Positions 28,125-40,407 of a DNA stretch of 64,000 nucleotides are shown here, piece by piece. Position numbers and translations under genes: made by a program. Position 1 is the first letter of the stretch. Each line of letters opens with the position of its first letter. Below the pieces are notes generated by a model. The model was given only the letters and a program-made list of their open reading frames with translations. It was not told where the DNA came from and ran no database searches. The stretch comes from Geosiphon pyriformis uo1 (lineage: Eukaryota; Fungi; Glomeromycota). Location: positions 1 through 64,000 of the forward strand of contig JAAOMT010000071.1 of the NCBI GenBank assembly GCA_016748015.1, read 5' to 3'.

Positions 28125-30444
28125 ATGTCTTCATTTACCGAATATCATAAAAACACCACGGCGGCCGATCTAAATTTACCTCAAAGTCCTGACTGTCCCA
28201 TAGTTCAACCTGAACCACCGCCAGTATTAGGATTGAAAAACTCCCTTGTAACTTCGAAAGCTTCTTCATTAGTTGTTTTACAAAGACAGAATGAATACAA
28301 ACAATATCCAGAACGTTGGTTCGGCCTATTGATCATTATCCTTCTAAATATTTCTGTTTCTTTGATTTGGTTGACCTTCGCACCTGTGGCTAGCCTCACG
28401 CAAGATTACTTTGAGATTTCGCTGACCGCGGTTAACATTTTGACAACAGAATTTTTGATCGTTTTTGTTGTGTTAGCACCTGTTTTGGGGTGGGGATTAG
28501 ATCGCTATGGAATAAGATGGATGGTAGGTGCCAGCGAGATTTTTGGAGGCCTGTGAACTTATGTGATGCAGCAATCAATGCAAATTCCAGTTGAATCATT
28601 TGATCAACCTATATGGTGCCGAAATATCACCTTTATAAGTTAAATCTCTCACTTGTTTGATTTTTACTTGAATCCTGTTCATTTACTTATATTCTCTTTC
28701 AACGAACCTCTTTTTCGGGTAGTTGATTTTTGCTGCGTGTATCAACTTTCTCGGTGCATGGACACGCTACTTTGCAATCTTTTTTCATAAAAACGTTGCT
28801 GCAAGATATGCGATCTTGTTTATTGGACAGGTAAATAAAAGCTATATAGCTTTGCAACATTTAATTTTGATAGCTAATTTGCATCAATTTACGTGTTTTT
28901 TGTGAAAATTTGAGAGTTTTTCAGGAATCGGCAATGCGATTAGTTGGATTGTGCCAACTGATGTAGGTTTTTTGTTCTATCTGTACAAAATCCCTTTGTC
29001 AGTTGATTGCACCTTTGCTCAATGCTGCTTCTTGTTCGATATAATTTCTGGGAAAGTACGCTATGATCTGGTTTGACGAGAATTCACGTACAACGGCAAA
29101 CATGATTGGAACCATTTGTAAGCATTCTTAATAAATGTGGTGCCTACATTAAAAATCTTTCTGAAATAATTACTAATTCTAACCATAATTCTGGATTAGC
29201 AAATCCTTTGGGAAATTCTTTGGCAACAATTTTGGTCCCATATATTATCTCAGAGCCGAGGGACATAAAAATGGCGGTGAATATTTCGATTTCATAATTT
29301 TTGGACATTAAGATAAATATACTATCTGATCATTTGATTGGCAAATCTTTAGTGCTTAATATTTGCGATTATAGCAACCATTATCACTATTCCAACCTTT
29401 TTTCTGTCAGCAAAGCCTCCGACTCCTCCTTCTTACACTTCCTCGATACCGAGACAATCATTTATATCTGGCGTTGCACAGCTATCTAGAAATTTCAATT
29501 TCTGGATTTTATTTGGAGCGTTTTCGACTGTAATTGGGTTTTTAAACGCTTATTCAACTTTAATTAACCAAGAAGTGATACCGTATGGGTATACTAACAA
29601 ACAAGCAGGTATTAGAGTTCATATTTTCTATGAATTTATATACGAATCAATATTGAATTCTCTATCAAAACCCTATTTTCCACGTAGGCTTCCTTGGTGC
29701 TGCCATGGTAATACCTGGGATGTTTGGGGCAGGTATCGCTGCACCTTTGTCCGATAAAATTCATTCTTTCAAGCTACCTGTAAAGATTTTATCTTCGGCT
29801 GTGGGTGTTTTGTTTTTTATCTTTACATTTGTCGGTAAGTCAGAAATACGAGTTATAAGAAAGATTTCGGTGTGCAATAACAGAAAGTTTCCTTGTAATT
29901 TCAATAGTGAAAGAAAATAATTTTGCGGGAATATTTATAATCGCTGGGCTTATTGGATTCTTTTCGTACGCTTTAATGCCTCTAGCGCTTGAGATTGGTG
30001 TTGAATGTAATCCCTATATCTATTCTTATTTTCATTGGCTCTCATTTGATATGATATTTATCTACTCTTACTTTATTTTGTATTGAAGGTACATATCCAG
30101 TTTCGCCTAACCTTTCGGCTACAATACTCTGGGTTGGAACAGCAGTGCTTGGGATTGTATATACATTAATAATGGACTGGATGCGATATCCTTCGGACGT
30201 TGGTAATCCGCCAGCAAACATGAAGCGAAGTTTGTGGTTCGAGGGTATCGTTGCGTTGATATTTACTTTAACGATATGGTTTTATAAAGCACGAGATTTG
30301 AGGCGTGCTGAAGATATTAGGAACGCCACTGCGATTTCCTCCTTAGAACCAACTAATATAGTTATTACTGAACACGATTTAGTCCAACGGAATAGTGAAA
30401 AGGTTCTAAGTGATGTGGAGAGCGATAGTCATGTAATCTTTTAG
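28125..30444 (+). CDS. Major facilitator superfamily transporter (FLVCR/SLC49-like), many short exons
   Basis: YKQYPERWFGLLIIILLN; LDRYGIR loop motif; GAWTRY; ANPLG; PLALEIGVE.TYPV; multiple TMs. Confidence 0.85.
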
Positions 30445-30687
30445 AAAGCTATACCTATACTTTTGTGAGGTCTGTCGGTGAAATTAAAAATCACTTTTAA
30501 CTAGAAAAATTGGAGTCACCAGACCAAAACCAAGTTTGAGTTTCGTGCAGAGCTGGAAAACTGATGTGGCGGGTAAGATCGGAAATGAATGATAAATAAA
30601 GGTGATTAAGATTATCTGAATTATGAGATTATATTTGGCTTTTACTGAACTTGATGGTGAACAAGATTTCACCAAAACTTTGATAAT

Positions 30688-31927
30688 ATGAAGAAAACGT
30701 TCAATTTTTCCCAAAATTTGGTTGCAACTTATTTCGGATTCATATTAATAATTTTCGTTATTAAAATAATCTCACAAATCGCTACACAAAATTTATCCTT
30801 AAATTCATTTGATTTCGATAATAATTCTAAAGAATTTCCCAGTTCGAAAAAAAATACTACCCAATTTGTAAAGAGGAGTCAGAAAGTTCGCTTGTATAAT
30901 GGTCAAACTATTTTACCCCAATTATCGGTTGCTGCGAGGTATGCGAGACAGGCATATTGCCTTCAGGAAAATAGTGCTGATCAAGTTACCCCTCAGATTT
31001 TTGGTAAATCTGAATAATTTCTAATATCTTCAACATATACTCTAACTTCAATAACTATTCTAAACAACAATCGTATAAATATCTTTCAGCAAAAGCTGAA
31101 TTAGCAAGAGACATAACGAATTCGCTTAATTTCTATCTATATATTAAAGGACCTCAATTATCTGATAAAGAGTGGGAAAATCTCAACCAGGAGAGCTTAA
31201 AAACTCATCATGTTTTTCCAGAAGCAAAAATTATTAGTTTGTTTTATGATCAATTTTTGGAAGCCGAGGAAGAAATTAAAAATAAGGTGGTGAATATTTA
31301 TAAAGAACACAAAGAAAAGGAACTTATTTCACGCTTTAATATTATAGGGCATGGTGTAGGCGGTGGTATGTTAATCCTTAAGATATATGGTTGAACCGAT
31401 TTTTATTACAAGATTTTATCTGAATTTTTTCTTTAAAAAATTACACAGTCTACGCAGTTTTATTTGCTTTAGAATGGTCAAATGTTGTAAAACCATGGGT
31501 TACGGAAGTATATACGTTCGGAGAACCACGGAGTGGTGACTTTCAATTTGCGAAACTAATTGACAGACTCCAAGAGAAAAAGATAAATTTCTATCGTGTT
31601 ACCCATACAGATGATCATATTCCGAGGATTTTTGGAAAGGATGTTTTATTCCACCATCAACATGAATATTGGATTTCTCAAGATTGTGATTGTAATGGAG
31701 AGCCACTTGTGTACAAGTGCATGGGATCCGATTTAAATGAGAGCCAAGTATGTGAAAATCAAAGAAAATTCATTATTTTAAATGATTTTGAAGTTTTATG
31801 TTAATGTGACTTTATAAAATGATTATTTTTGATTTTCTAGGAATGCAATAACAAATTTAAGAATACTATAAGCAATTCACATAATGGACCATATTTTGGG
31901 AACATGATGGCGATTTGCAGGATCTAA
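30688..31927 (+). CDS. Class-3 lipase-like protein with nucleophile Ser replaced by Gly (GHGVGG), 4 exons
   Basis: YARQAYC; IIGHGVGG (31341-31364); YTFGEPRSGD..FA; YRVTHTDDHIPR; HHQHEYWI; HNGPYFG. Confidence 0.85.
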
Positions 31928-32209
31928 AAATAAAGTTGGTTTAAATATTTCTATATTTTTTAGAAATATTGCTTAAAAGATTAAAAAGTTTACAAAGTTT
32001 AAAAAAATTGAGACAATAAATGTTTTCGAGGCATTAGGGGTAATTTCAATATTGGAATGGTTCTTTTATTAGAGAAAGCCGCTAAGAAAAGTAAACTTAT
32101 AGGGAGACCAATCAGAAATCAACTTTTCGAAAACACTAGAGGTTTTAATAAAGTTTTAGGCGACCTCACTAAATTTATGATAATGAAAAATGTCCAACCT
32201 CAGAAAATC

Positions 32210-32596
32210 CTACCTTGCAGAAAAATGGTTTTTCATCATCAAATAGACAGAACTCCAACAGGTTCCAGCAGAATTAAAGGAATTAAGTCTCCATTTCGGA
32301 GAAGCACAATCTTGATAAAAGGTTCCAATTGTTGACCCTTGAATGGGCTTATGCCAATCGGAAAATGATCATTTATTTAAGTTGTAAAGATCTGCGTCAA
32401 TATCAGAATCAATGACTGGACCTCTTTGATGGGTATTATGAATGAGCCATAAATTCCCCCTGTCTGTTCTCACGACGATTCCATAATGTGTGGAACCAAT
32501 AGGACGGATGCTGCTAAAACCGGTAGTTGTCAAGCAAAGTGCTGCCTCGATGATGCTTTGAGGGAGAATGGACAAATCTTTGATAGTTTTTTGCAT
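32210..32596 (-). pseudogene. Small ORF with one internal TGA; possible permuted papain-like (NlpC/P60/LRAT-like) protein
   Basis: The frame continues past TGA 32369-32371 (NK*SFSDW...) to TAG 32210. Motifs THYGIVV, WLIHN and GTCW. Confidence 0.45.
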
Positions 32597-34031
32597 TTGA
32601 AGTAGAGAGAGAGGAAATAGATGTTTGGGAGTCTTTCCAAAGTTAACTTAAGTGCTTTTTGAATGACTTTATGGAATTTTAAGTATGAGATATTAGAAAT
32701 TTGTAATAAATGAAAAATCTGAATATTTTTGAAGGCTCTTTGATTGATTGATTTCATAACCATGACTAAATTAAAATAGATATCTTAAAATCAATCATCT
32801 CTCAGAATCTTTTTTGGATTTACTTTTGGGTCAACGTTTAAATGATACTTCTGTTTACTTGAAAAAAAATTAAGAAAGAAATTCTAAGGTGAGAACTGTT
32901 ATTGCACTAAAATTGTGAGGCTAATTCAAAAGGATGATTCTAGTATTTATCAAGTCAATCGCTTATATTTTTCATCAGCATCAGATGAATGTTTTTCCGC
33001 GCAAAACTTTCAAAAAAGTAAATTTAAGCTCAAGTGTTTATATTTATCATTTATCAGCATAATCATTAATGAATCAAATATTCACTAACGCTTTGTTTTT
33101 GTCATATACCCAAATAAAATTCATTGCTTAAATGTTTGTATAAAAATTTTTGGTGTTAAATTTTAACTTCTTTGATGATCAATATTCATCACACAAGATA
33201 CAGACCTTGCAAACAAATTTCTTTCAGTCGTAACACTAGAATTGGTTCCCGCGACTCCATTCGAGATGAATGAATATGGTAAGGAAGGAGATTTTGAATT
33301 TTTAAATTTTCCAGACTTCTTTATTCCACATGGTTATCTTTGTCTGGTTTTGTTGCAGCACGCCCCATATGAAATGCTAATAATAAATAATTTTCAATTT
33401 TATAAATTTTGTTACATGTATTATGTTTTTTATTCACCTTTTTTTCGCAGCTTTAAAATCTCTTTTTTGTTTGTATTTGAAAAATGTGCCTAAATGCGAC
33501 TTTTTAGCTTTTTAAAAACAATCTGAATTCGATTAGAGTTTATAATATTAAAAACATACGTTCTAGACGCATTGAAGAATGCCTTGGGTAGATTGCGTTG
33601 CATCTTGAAAAAGATCTGTACATTTTCTGGGTGATTTTAATTGTTGATGAAGTTCGAAATCTAGGAATATTTCGCTCAAATTAAAATTTGTTGTTTCACA
33701 TAGGTAGGAAAATTATAGATTTAATTTGGAAACTTAATAGTTAAATTTTCCAAAATTTTAAATATTCTAAGATTATTTGAATGCATCGCACAATATGAAG
33801 TTTAATATGCAAAAGCCTAGATGGAGGCGTTGGAAGAAATTTTTGCTGAAAAAAATTGATATTAGCTTGATATTAAAAAAAAATTTTTCGCTCCAAATAT
33901 AAACAAACCAAGATACAAAAACATGAAATCTAACCCGTGAAAACTTTATTCTCCATGTCTACATTTTCTTCTCAAACAAATTGCTCAAGAATCATTCAAA
34001 TTCTAAAAAAAAAAATCAATTTGGAATATTT

Positions 34032-35327
34032 TTAATTTATATCGTTTGAAAATGACCTTAATAAGCTCTCGAACTTACCAGTATCCTCATGAAAAATATA
34101 TCTCAGAGAATTCATATTCATATATCCATAAGTCCCGCGTGGACCACTATTACACTTTCGAAACCATTTAATTGAAGAGTGGAGATCCTTGTTTATACCT
34201 TCACCAATTGAATAAGCCTCAGCCAGCAAAAACATTGCGTTGCTGTTTCCCCGGGTAGAAGCATCATAGAAAAGTCGGAATGCTTCTCGGTAATCTTTAC
34301 GAATACCGGCCCCACTCTTATAGCAATAACCAAGATTAGTTCTCGATTCCATATGACCAAGATTTGAAGCCTTGAGGAAACAATCGAAGGCTTCTTTATA
34401 ATTTATTTCTGTCCCAATACCCTCTCTGTAGCAAAAACCAAGCATATACAGTGCTTCCAAATTTTCACCCTCTACAGCTTTTTTGTACCAATAGAAAGCT
34501 TTCGCTTCATCTTTCTCGGTGCCTTCCCCATACATGTAACATTTACCTAAGCTTCTTTCTGCATCAGAAACACCTTTATGGGCCGCTTTCAGATACCATT
34601 CGAAAGCTTTCGCTCCATCAACTGCTGTTCCTGTACCCTCTCGATAACAAATTCCAAGATTCAATTGTGCTCGAGCATTTCCAGCTAAAGCAGATTGATT
34701 GTAGAGTTTAAAAGCTTTACTTTGATCTTCTTTAACACCTATTCCATAATCATAGCAGTAACCAAGATTACACATTGCTCTTTCACTACCAGCCTCATAT
34801 GCTTTCTGATATAAGGCGAATGCAGTATCACCACTTTGCTCGACACCAACACCATATAAATAGCAATTTCCCAATGATACTTGTCCGTAAATATCTCCAT
34901 TTTCCAGGGTCATTTTGAAATATTCCACAGCTTTTTCAGCGTTTGCTGATGTACCAATTCCATATTGATACAAGACTGCGAGTACTAAAGCATGAGAAAA
35001 TCGATATTTTTCAATGTCAAGTGCTCTGAAAACGGAAATTGGATCAAGATTATGACGTATGAGACATGCGGTCAGCATTCGATCAGCATTTTCTTTTTCG
35101 CCACGTACGACAGCTCGTTCAAATTCTTTGCGTAGATCTTGAAATAACTGTTCTATAACTGCTTCATCATCTAGATTCAATGATTCTAGCAGCAGAGAGC
35201 GTTCTGATTGATCTATTTGACTATATTCTTCATTTTGGTATGTCGGGTGAATCAATTGAAAGGCTTCCTCCAGTCTACGCTCGTTAATTTTTGGTTGACA
35301 AGATTCGCAACTAGTTGGACTCGGCAT
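34032..35327 (-). CDS. Sel1-like repeat protein (intronless, 431 aa, about 8 repeats)
   Basis: Regular LGxCYxxGxG repeats. Confidence 0.95.
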   Translation of the reverse strand: MPSPTSCESCQPKINERRLEEAFQLIHPTYQNEEYSQIDQSERSLLLESLNLDDEAVIEQLFQDLRKEFERAVVRGEKENADRMLTACLIRHNLDPISVFRALDIEKYRFSHALVLAVLYQYGIGTSANAEKAVEYFKMTLENGDIYGQVSLGNCYLYGVGVEQSGDTAFALYQKAYEAGSERAMCNLGYCYDYGIGVKEDQSKAFKLYNQSALAGNARAQLNLGICYREGTGTAVDGAKAFEWYLKAAHKGVSDAERSLGKCYMYGEGTEKDEAKAFYWYKKAVEGENLEALYMLGFCYREGIGTEINYKEAFDCFLKASNLGHMESRTNLGYCYKSGAGIRKDYREAFRLFYDASTRGNSNAMFLLAEAYSIGEGINKDLHSSIKWFRKCNSGPRGTYGYMNMNSLRYIFHEDTGKFESLLRSFSNDIN

Positions 35328-36387
35328 GATAAATGAAAATTTCTAAAAAATAAAAGTTCCGATAATGGATTGATAAAAGTTTCTTCCAATACTATTTGAA
35401 CTTACCTGAATCGTAAAAAATAACGAATCTACAAGAAATCCAATCAGTAAGAAAAATATGATGCAGTCTATCACTTGTTCTAGCTATTTATAAGACTCTG
35501 CCTAAAATAAATCAAATCATCAAAGGGCATGATGTGTGTAACCCGGGTATGCAATCAAATCGGTGAGAGTGAAAATTAAATTGTAAAAAAAAAAAAAAAA
35601 AAAATTTTTGGTTATCAAAGAAATAACGCTCATGATTTTCCAAAGGTTGAAGTATTAGATAAATGATCAATTGATTGTGTTACTAAATAATCGATTGAAA
35701 TATTCATGCAAGTTTCTCTAACATAGTTGAGTTTATCAAGTTTATATAGTTTGTAAATGTGAAAATTTACTTCTTTTCCTACAAATGAAAAACTTTTTGT
35801 ATTATATTCAGGTTTCTGTGGAAAATTTTAAAGGAAGATTAAAAAATGCTAACAAATTTTAAATCGTTACGAGTGTTTGGTGATTTTTATTGGTAAGTTG
35901 GGGAGCCTTTGAAACCTATTAGGTCTTTTTGATAGAATTATAATTTAAATATATTTCACCACCAAGATAATATTTAGGTTTCCGAGGGAAGGATCACAAT
36001 AAAATTGAAATGTGAAACGACATAGCAGGTTCTTGTATGATATAGAGCTTATTGAAGTAAGAGTTTGAATTTGGATTTTTGGCTAAATTTGGATTTTTTA
36101 ATAAAAAAATTTGTATAGAATTAAAACATGGCGTCAAAAATTCATTTAATTATTTAGCTTCTAAAAGTAAATAAAGGCGAAACAAAATCACAGTTGATTC
36201 ATATCAAACAGTTTAAGCTCGTGCATTACTGTTTTCATTCAAGGATGAAAAAATTCAAAAATGGTTTAGAAACTTTTTACCGACCAGGAGTGAATCATCG
36301 TAGAAAGAAGTATAAAGATAATGAATCGTTGGTTTTTTCTCATATACTTTGCAACGCTCGAATAATTTTTGCATAATTAGATTTTGA

Positions 36388-37047
36388 ATGGCATCAAACC
36401 ACAATTTTTCCAAAACTTCTTGTATAAAACCAAAATCGTTCATTCAATATCGAAGATACAGCATGCAAAAAATTTCAGAAACAACCTTTACTCAAGATCC
36501 AGAAAAGAAAGAGGATGAAAATGAAACCAGAATCTCGGAGGAAAAACGTCTCTCACTTTTAAAAATGAAAAGAGCTTCTGGAAGTTCATTTATAACTTCA
36601 TTTTCTTTTGACGAAGAATCATCGCAGTCTAAAAAGAAGCCATTTCCTCCATGCAAACTAAAAACCATTTCTTTACGAACGTCAAAAAGAGTATCTCCCA
36701 TCCGATCTCCTCAAAATGCACAACTCGATCCCTCTTCAACCGAGTACCTTAAACAATGGGGAACATTTGGTGTTCAATATAAAGTCGGTGAAAGTACGAA
36801 TTCATTTGACGATTCACCAAATGATATTATTTTAACCTTACCATTAATCCAAGACAATTTCGAGGATCAGTATGACGAGTTGCCTGCTTATCAAGGATCG
36901 CTACTTTGTAAAGATTTGCCGCGAGTTTTTCCCAAGAAAAAGACACCAAAATGCCAATGTTGTGAAGGGGTAGCGATTTGGTTTTGGCTGTTTTTTACGA
37001 TTGTTTCATTAGTTTTTGCCGTCATCACTATTCGTTTATTAAATTAA
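36388..37047 (+). CDS. Tail-anchored membrane protein with an LPAY motif and a Cys-rich juxtamembrane segment
   Basis: Disordered S/K-rich body, LPAY, CQCCEG, then a C-terminal TM. Confidence 0.65.
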   Translation: MASNHNFSKTSCIKPKSFIQYRRYSMQKISETTFTQDPEKKEDENETRISEEKRLSLLKMKRASGSSFITSFSFDEESSQSKKKPFPPCKLKTISLRTSKRVSPIRSPQNAQLDPSSTEYLKQWGTFGVQYKVGESTNSFDDSPNDIILTLPLIQDNFEDQYDELPAYQGSLLCKDLPRVFPKKKTPKCQCCEGVAIWFWLFFTIVSLVFAVITIRLLN

Positions 37048-37377
37048 AATGAAATAAATTATAAGGATCAAAGTTTAATTTAGTCAACAACGTAATATAT
37101 GTGGTTTTCAAGCCTTAATTGATGGCTTTGTAACGAAAATTGTGTTTAATGGCTATGTTGACTATTAATGACCTATTAAATTATGGTTATGCAAAGATTA
37201 TTTTGCCCGTTTCGTTCATTTTATTGCTTTTCCCGGTTATAAATGATATTCGTGGTCCTGCGTTTTCTTTGTCCTTGGTTACCTCTTTCTGCTTGTAAAT
37301 ATTAATTCTCTCTACTTACAAACGTAGCTCGGAGCTTTCAAAAAGGTAAAAAAAAATTATTTTACCATTTCAAAAAA

Positions 37378-37672
37378 ATGACCCTCTTTTCTGTCCATCA
37401 AGCATCCAAACAGCTTGGAGTCTCTTCCAGAACCCTCGTTCGCTGGCATGCCTAAAAAAAATTAAGTGCTATGTAACTTGAAGTTCATCTCTATAACATA
37501 GAAATATGTTCTCCACCCGACCACTTGCCTCCGGATCCTGTGCCTATATTTACGTTCGAGGTTCAGGCTTAAAACAACCACAGGTCCTCAAATGACAAAA
37601 ACAATATCTCTAACAGCTCTATTCTTCTTACCAATCATCACTGGTGTTGCCAGTGTAATTGATTTCAAGAGA
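37378..37672 (+). mobile_element. tnpA: IS607-type TnpA (HTH-serine recombinase) N-terminal remnant
   Basis: MTLFSVHQASKQLGVSSRTLVRW (MerR-type HTH); AYIYVRGSGLKQ (YARVSSxKQ-like); IITGVASVIDFKR (DIASGLNFKR-like). Contains stops and frameshifts. Confidence 0.75.
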
Positions 37673-38294
37673 ACTCTTTTGTCGAGGAATAGTTACAGAA
37701 GTATGTTTAATTTTTTTTTTCACATTAATATGTTTTCTTTTCAATTGGGTAGGTTGTGGTTATCTATTATGAACAACTCTGTTGCTTTGCATACAATTTT
37801 CTTGAAAACATCTTCTATCTCAACGGCACAAAAATCATTATAATTTCCAGTGTCCATCCAGAATTAGTATTGTCGTAGAGCTAAATTTTCCTAATACCCC
37901 TCAATCCTACTTCTTTTCAGCATTATCGTGGCAACATCTAAGAAGATAAGATTTAGTTTCTCATTCTTCCAAGCTTTAAAACTTTAAAAATCAAACTTAT
38001 TATATGGTATAATCCCAAGTATTTTTTTAACTCTAGCTGTTGATGCCATTTCCTATTTACCAGTCATACTGAATATGAATTTGCTTTTTTTTCCTACTAA
38101 TTTTATTCCACTTATTGTACTCTTTTTGCGAATTTTAAACAAAGAAACCAACAATGATTCATACCTCATTTATCTTTTGTATTTGGTTCTCATTAAACAT
38201 AGAAAGTGTATTATCTCTTATTCTAAGCATTTAATTGATTTTTTGGAAAGATTAAGAAATATGATAAACCTTCAAATTGTAAACAACGATTTAA

Positions 38295-39040
38295 TAAGGC
38301 TCTCTATAAAGAGACTACATTGGTTAAACTTAAAAACCTTTTTTCCTTCCAACTTATTGTCAATTCATTGATACCTACTGCACATTTTGCTTGTGTAAGC
38401 TTTAAATACCAAAAAAACATGTTTTTTAAGCTTCTTAGCTTTGAATATTAGTCTCTATCTAAATTTTTCATGTGTTCACATTCTCATATTTTACACTGTC
38501 TTGTTATTTATATCTTGATGCACTATTAAATTTAGGAATTATAAAAACACATAAAAATTTTATATAAAAAATTTGTTTTTTAACAAGTGTCTTAACTGTT
38601 TAAAAAATAAGATCATTAAAAGCGAAAGAAAAACAGATAAGTCTTTATATATCTTTAAAACCAATTTTGCCATAAAATCTCATATTCTATTATTAATGTG
38701 CTCATGCCATAAATTTTAAGAATAATCAAGCTTAAAAGTTTTGTTATAGCATAATATTTTTTTTTATAAGTATTTATAAAGCAACTTTAAAAATATTAAG
38801 AAAAAGAGTTTAAAAGAAATTTTAAAAAATACTTTTTCATTAGACCTTTGCAAATTTTTAACTTGTTCTTCTTGGCCTTGCTGTTTTTTTTTGATTTCTT
38901 TGTCTTTGTCAGTTCTTTGCTGACCATGCAACAAATAAAGATGATATTAATTGGAAAAATATTTTTAGGCGGTAGCTATTATTGTCTATCTGAGTCTGAC
39001 TCAAGCCATTCATAAGAATTTTTCAAGAAGCAAGTAATAG
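38295..39040 (-). mobile_element. tnpB: Degenerate IS607/Fanzor2 element: TnpA C-terminus followed by TnpB C-terminus
   Basis: Minus strand 38520-38299 reads HQDINNKTV*NMRM*THEKFR*RLIFKAKKLKKHVFLVFKAYTSKMCSRYQ*IDNKLEGKKVFKFNQCSLFIES. 39040-38890 reads YLLLEKFL*MA*VRL..LISSLFVAWSAKN*QRQR. Confidence 0.8.
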
Positions 39041-39786
39041 TAACCTATATTAGTTTTTAGTCATAATTAAATATAATTAACCTCATTTTAACTAGAAATA
39101 AACAACAGATACAATTTCTTCCTTATTATCTTGCGTGAAAAATCCACATTTTTCAAATTTCACCAGATAATAGCAATTTTTCACCCTTTAGCATGACTAT
39201 ATCAATTAATGATGGCGTTCTCGTGATACACGTTTCTTTAAAAGACTATTGAGCCAATTAGTGAAGGACATGTTGCATGCATGGATGAAAATAAGGGAAT
39301 GTTGGACATCCTTTTTTCTGGTCATTTATTAAAAATATGCAGGCGTGAAAGAAGCGCAAGAAAAGGAAAGTATTTTATAAAGATATATGTCTGGTTAGAA
39401 CATTACTTGAAAAAGTTAGATCTAATTCATCCGATCAATTAAAGGCTAGGATCTCATCTCATGTATCATCTTTTTTTTGCAAATATTCTTAAAGGAAAAA
39501 ATTTTACATTTATTTTTTTCTCACTAAACGCAAAGATCCAAATTCAATAGAAAAATTTTTGACAAATTTCAAAATTCAATTTCTTTAAGTCCAATAATTT
39601 TACATTATTCTGATTTCCTTTTTTCAAAATATTATTAAAAACAATTCTTTCTTCAAATGTGTTATGTTCAATGGAAGTTTTCTTTAGTTCTCTATTTAAA
39701 ATTAAAATAAGTTTTCGTCTAATTTTCCCCAAGCTCTTTCTTGTAAATGAAAATTATATCTTCAATTATTATTATTATTATTATTA

Positions 39787-40179
39787 TTATAAGTGAGAAT
39801 CGTTTCCATTAATTGTAGCTGCTCGTCCAACAGCAATAACACATAAAATAACTAAAAAAGCACATACAAGTAATGTCCAATTTACATAACTACATCCACA
39901 ACATGAATTTCTACCATAAAATGCATATTCTAAGAGAGGATTTTTTCTGGTTGCTTTATAGGGTGGAGGTGGTGACAATAGTGAAGATTGAGGCATATTT
40001 AATATTGATGTTGTATATGACGGAAGAATTTCTTCTCTATAATTAGTTTCTAGTATTCTATCATTTGAATTGTTTGTTATTTCCGAAGGAATATTGATAA
40101 AATGACTTTGAAGAAATTGAGAATTTGTTTCTGTATTTGCAACGTAGGGAGGTGGTGGTGGTTCTGTTGGTTGGTTATG

Positions 40180-40210
<31 letters not shown>

Positions 40211-40407
40211 AAACTGAAAATAGCAGCGTTGTTTCTGCTATTATCTTGAGAATTTTGCCTTTGTGTTGAAATTCCAGTGAAAGAATTTATTGAAAGTGAA
40301 TCATGACTTTGGATGAATGCTGGTATTGGTAACTGAACCAATGATGTTCTATTGTCATTATGCGATAAACTTATTTTACTTGTTGAAGAATATTTTTGAG
40401 ATACCAT
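39787..40407 (-). CDS. Tail-anchored membrane protein with PPxY/LPxY motifs
   Basis: PPPPPPY, LPSY and PPPPY, then SCCGC and a C-terminal TM; poly-Ser encoded by a trinucleotide repeat. Confidence 0.75.

Noticed and set aside
34451-34711. Antisense ORFs inside real genes (also 8867, 10398, 18533, 45593, 46715, 51912, 63233)
   Set aside because: Shadow frames of the opposite-strand CDS.
38075-38371. Plus-strand 98-aa ORF and other AT-rich short ORFs (11658, 39544, 42291, 42446, 59714)
   Set aside because: Low-complexity I/L/K/N/F composition typical of chance ORFs in AT-rich DNA.
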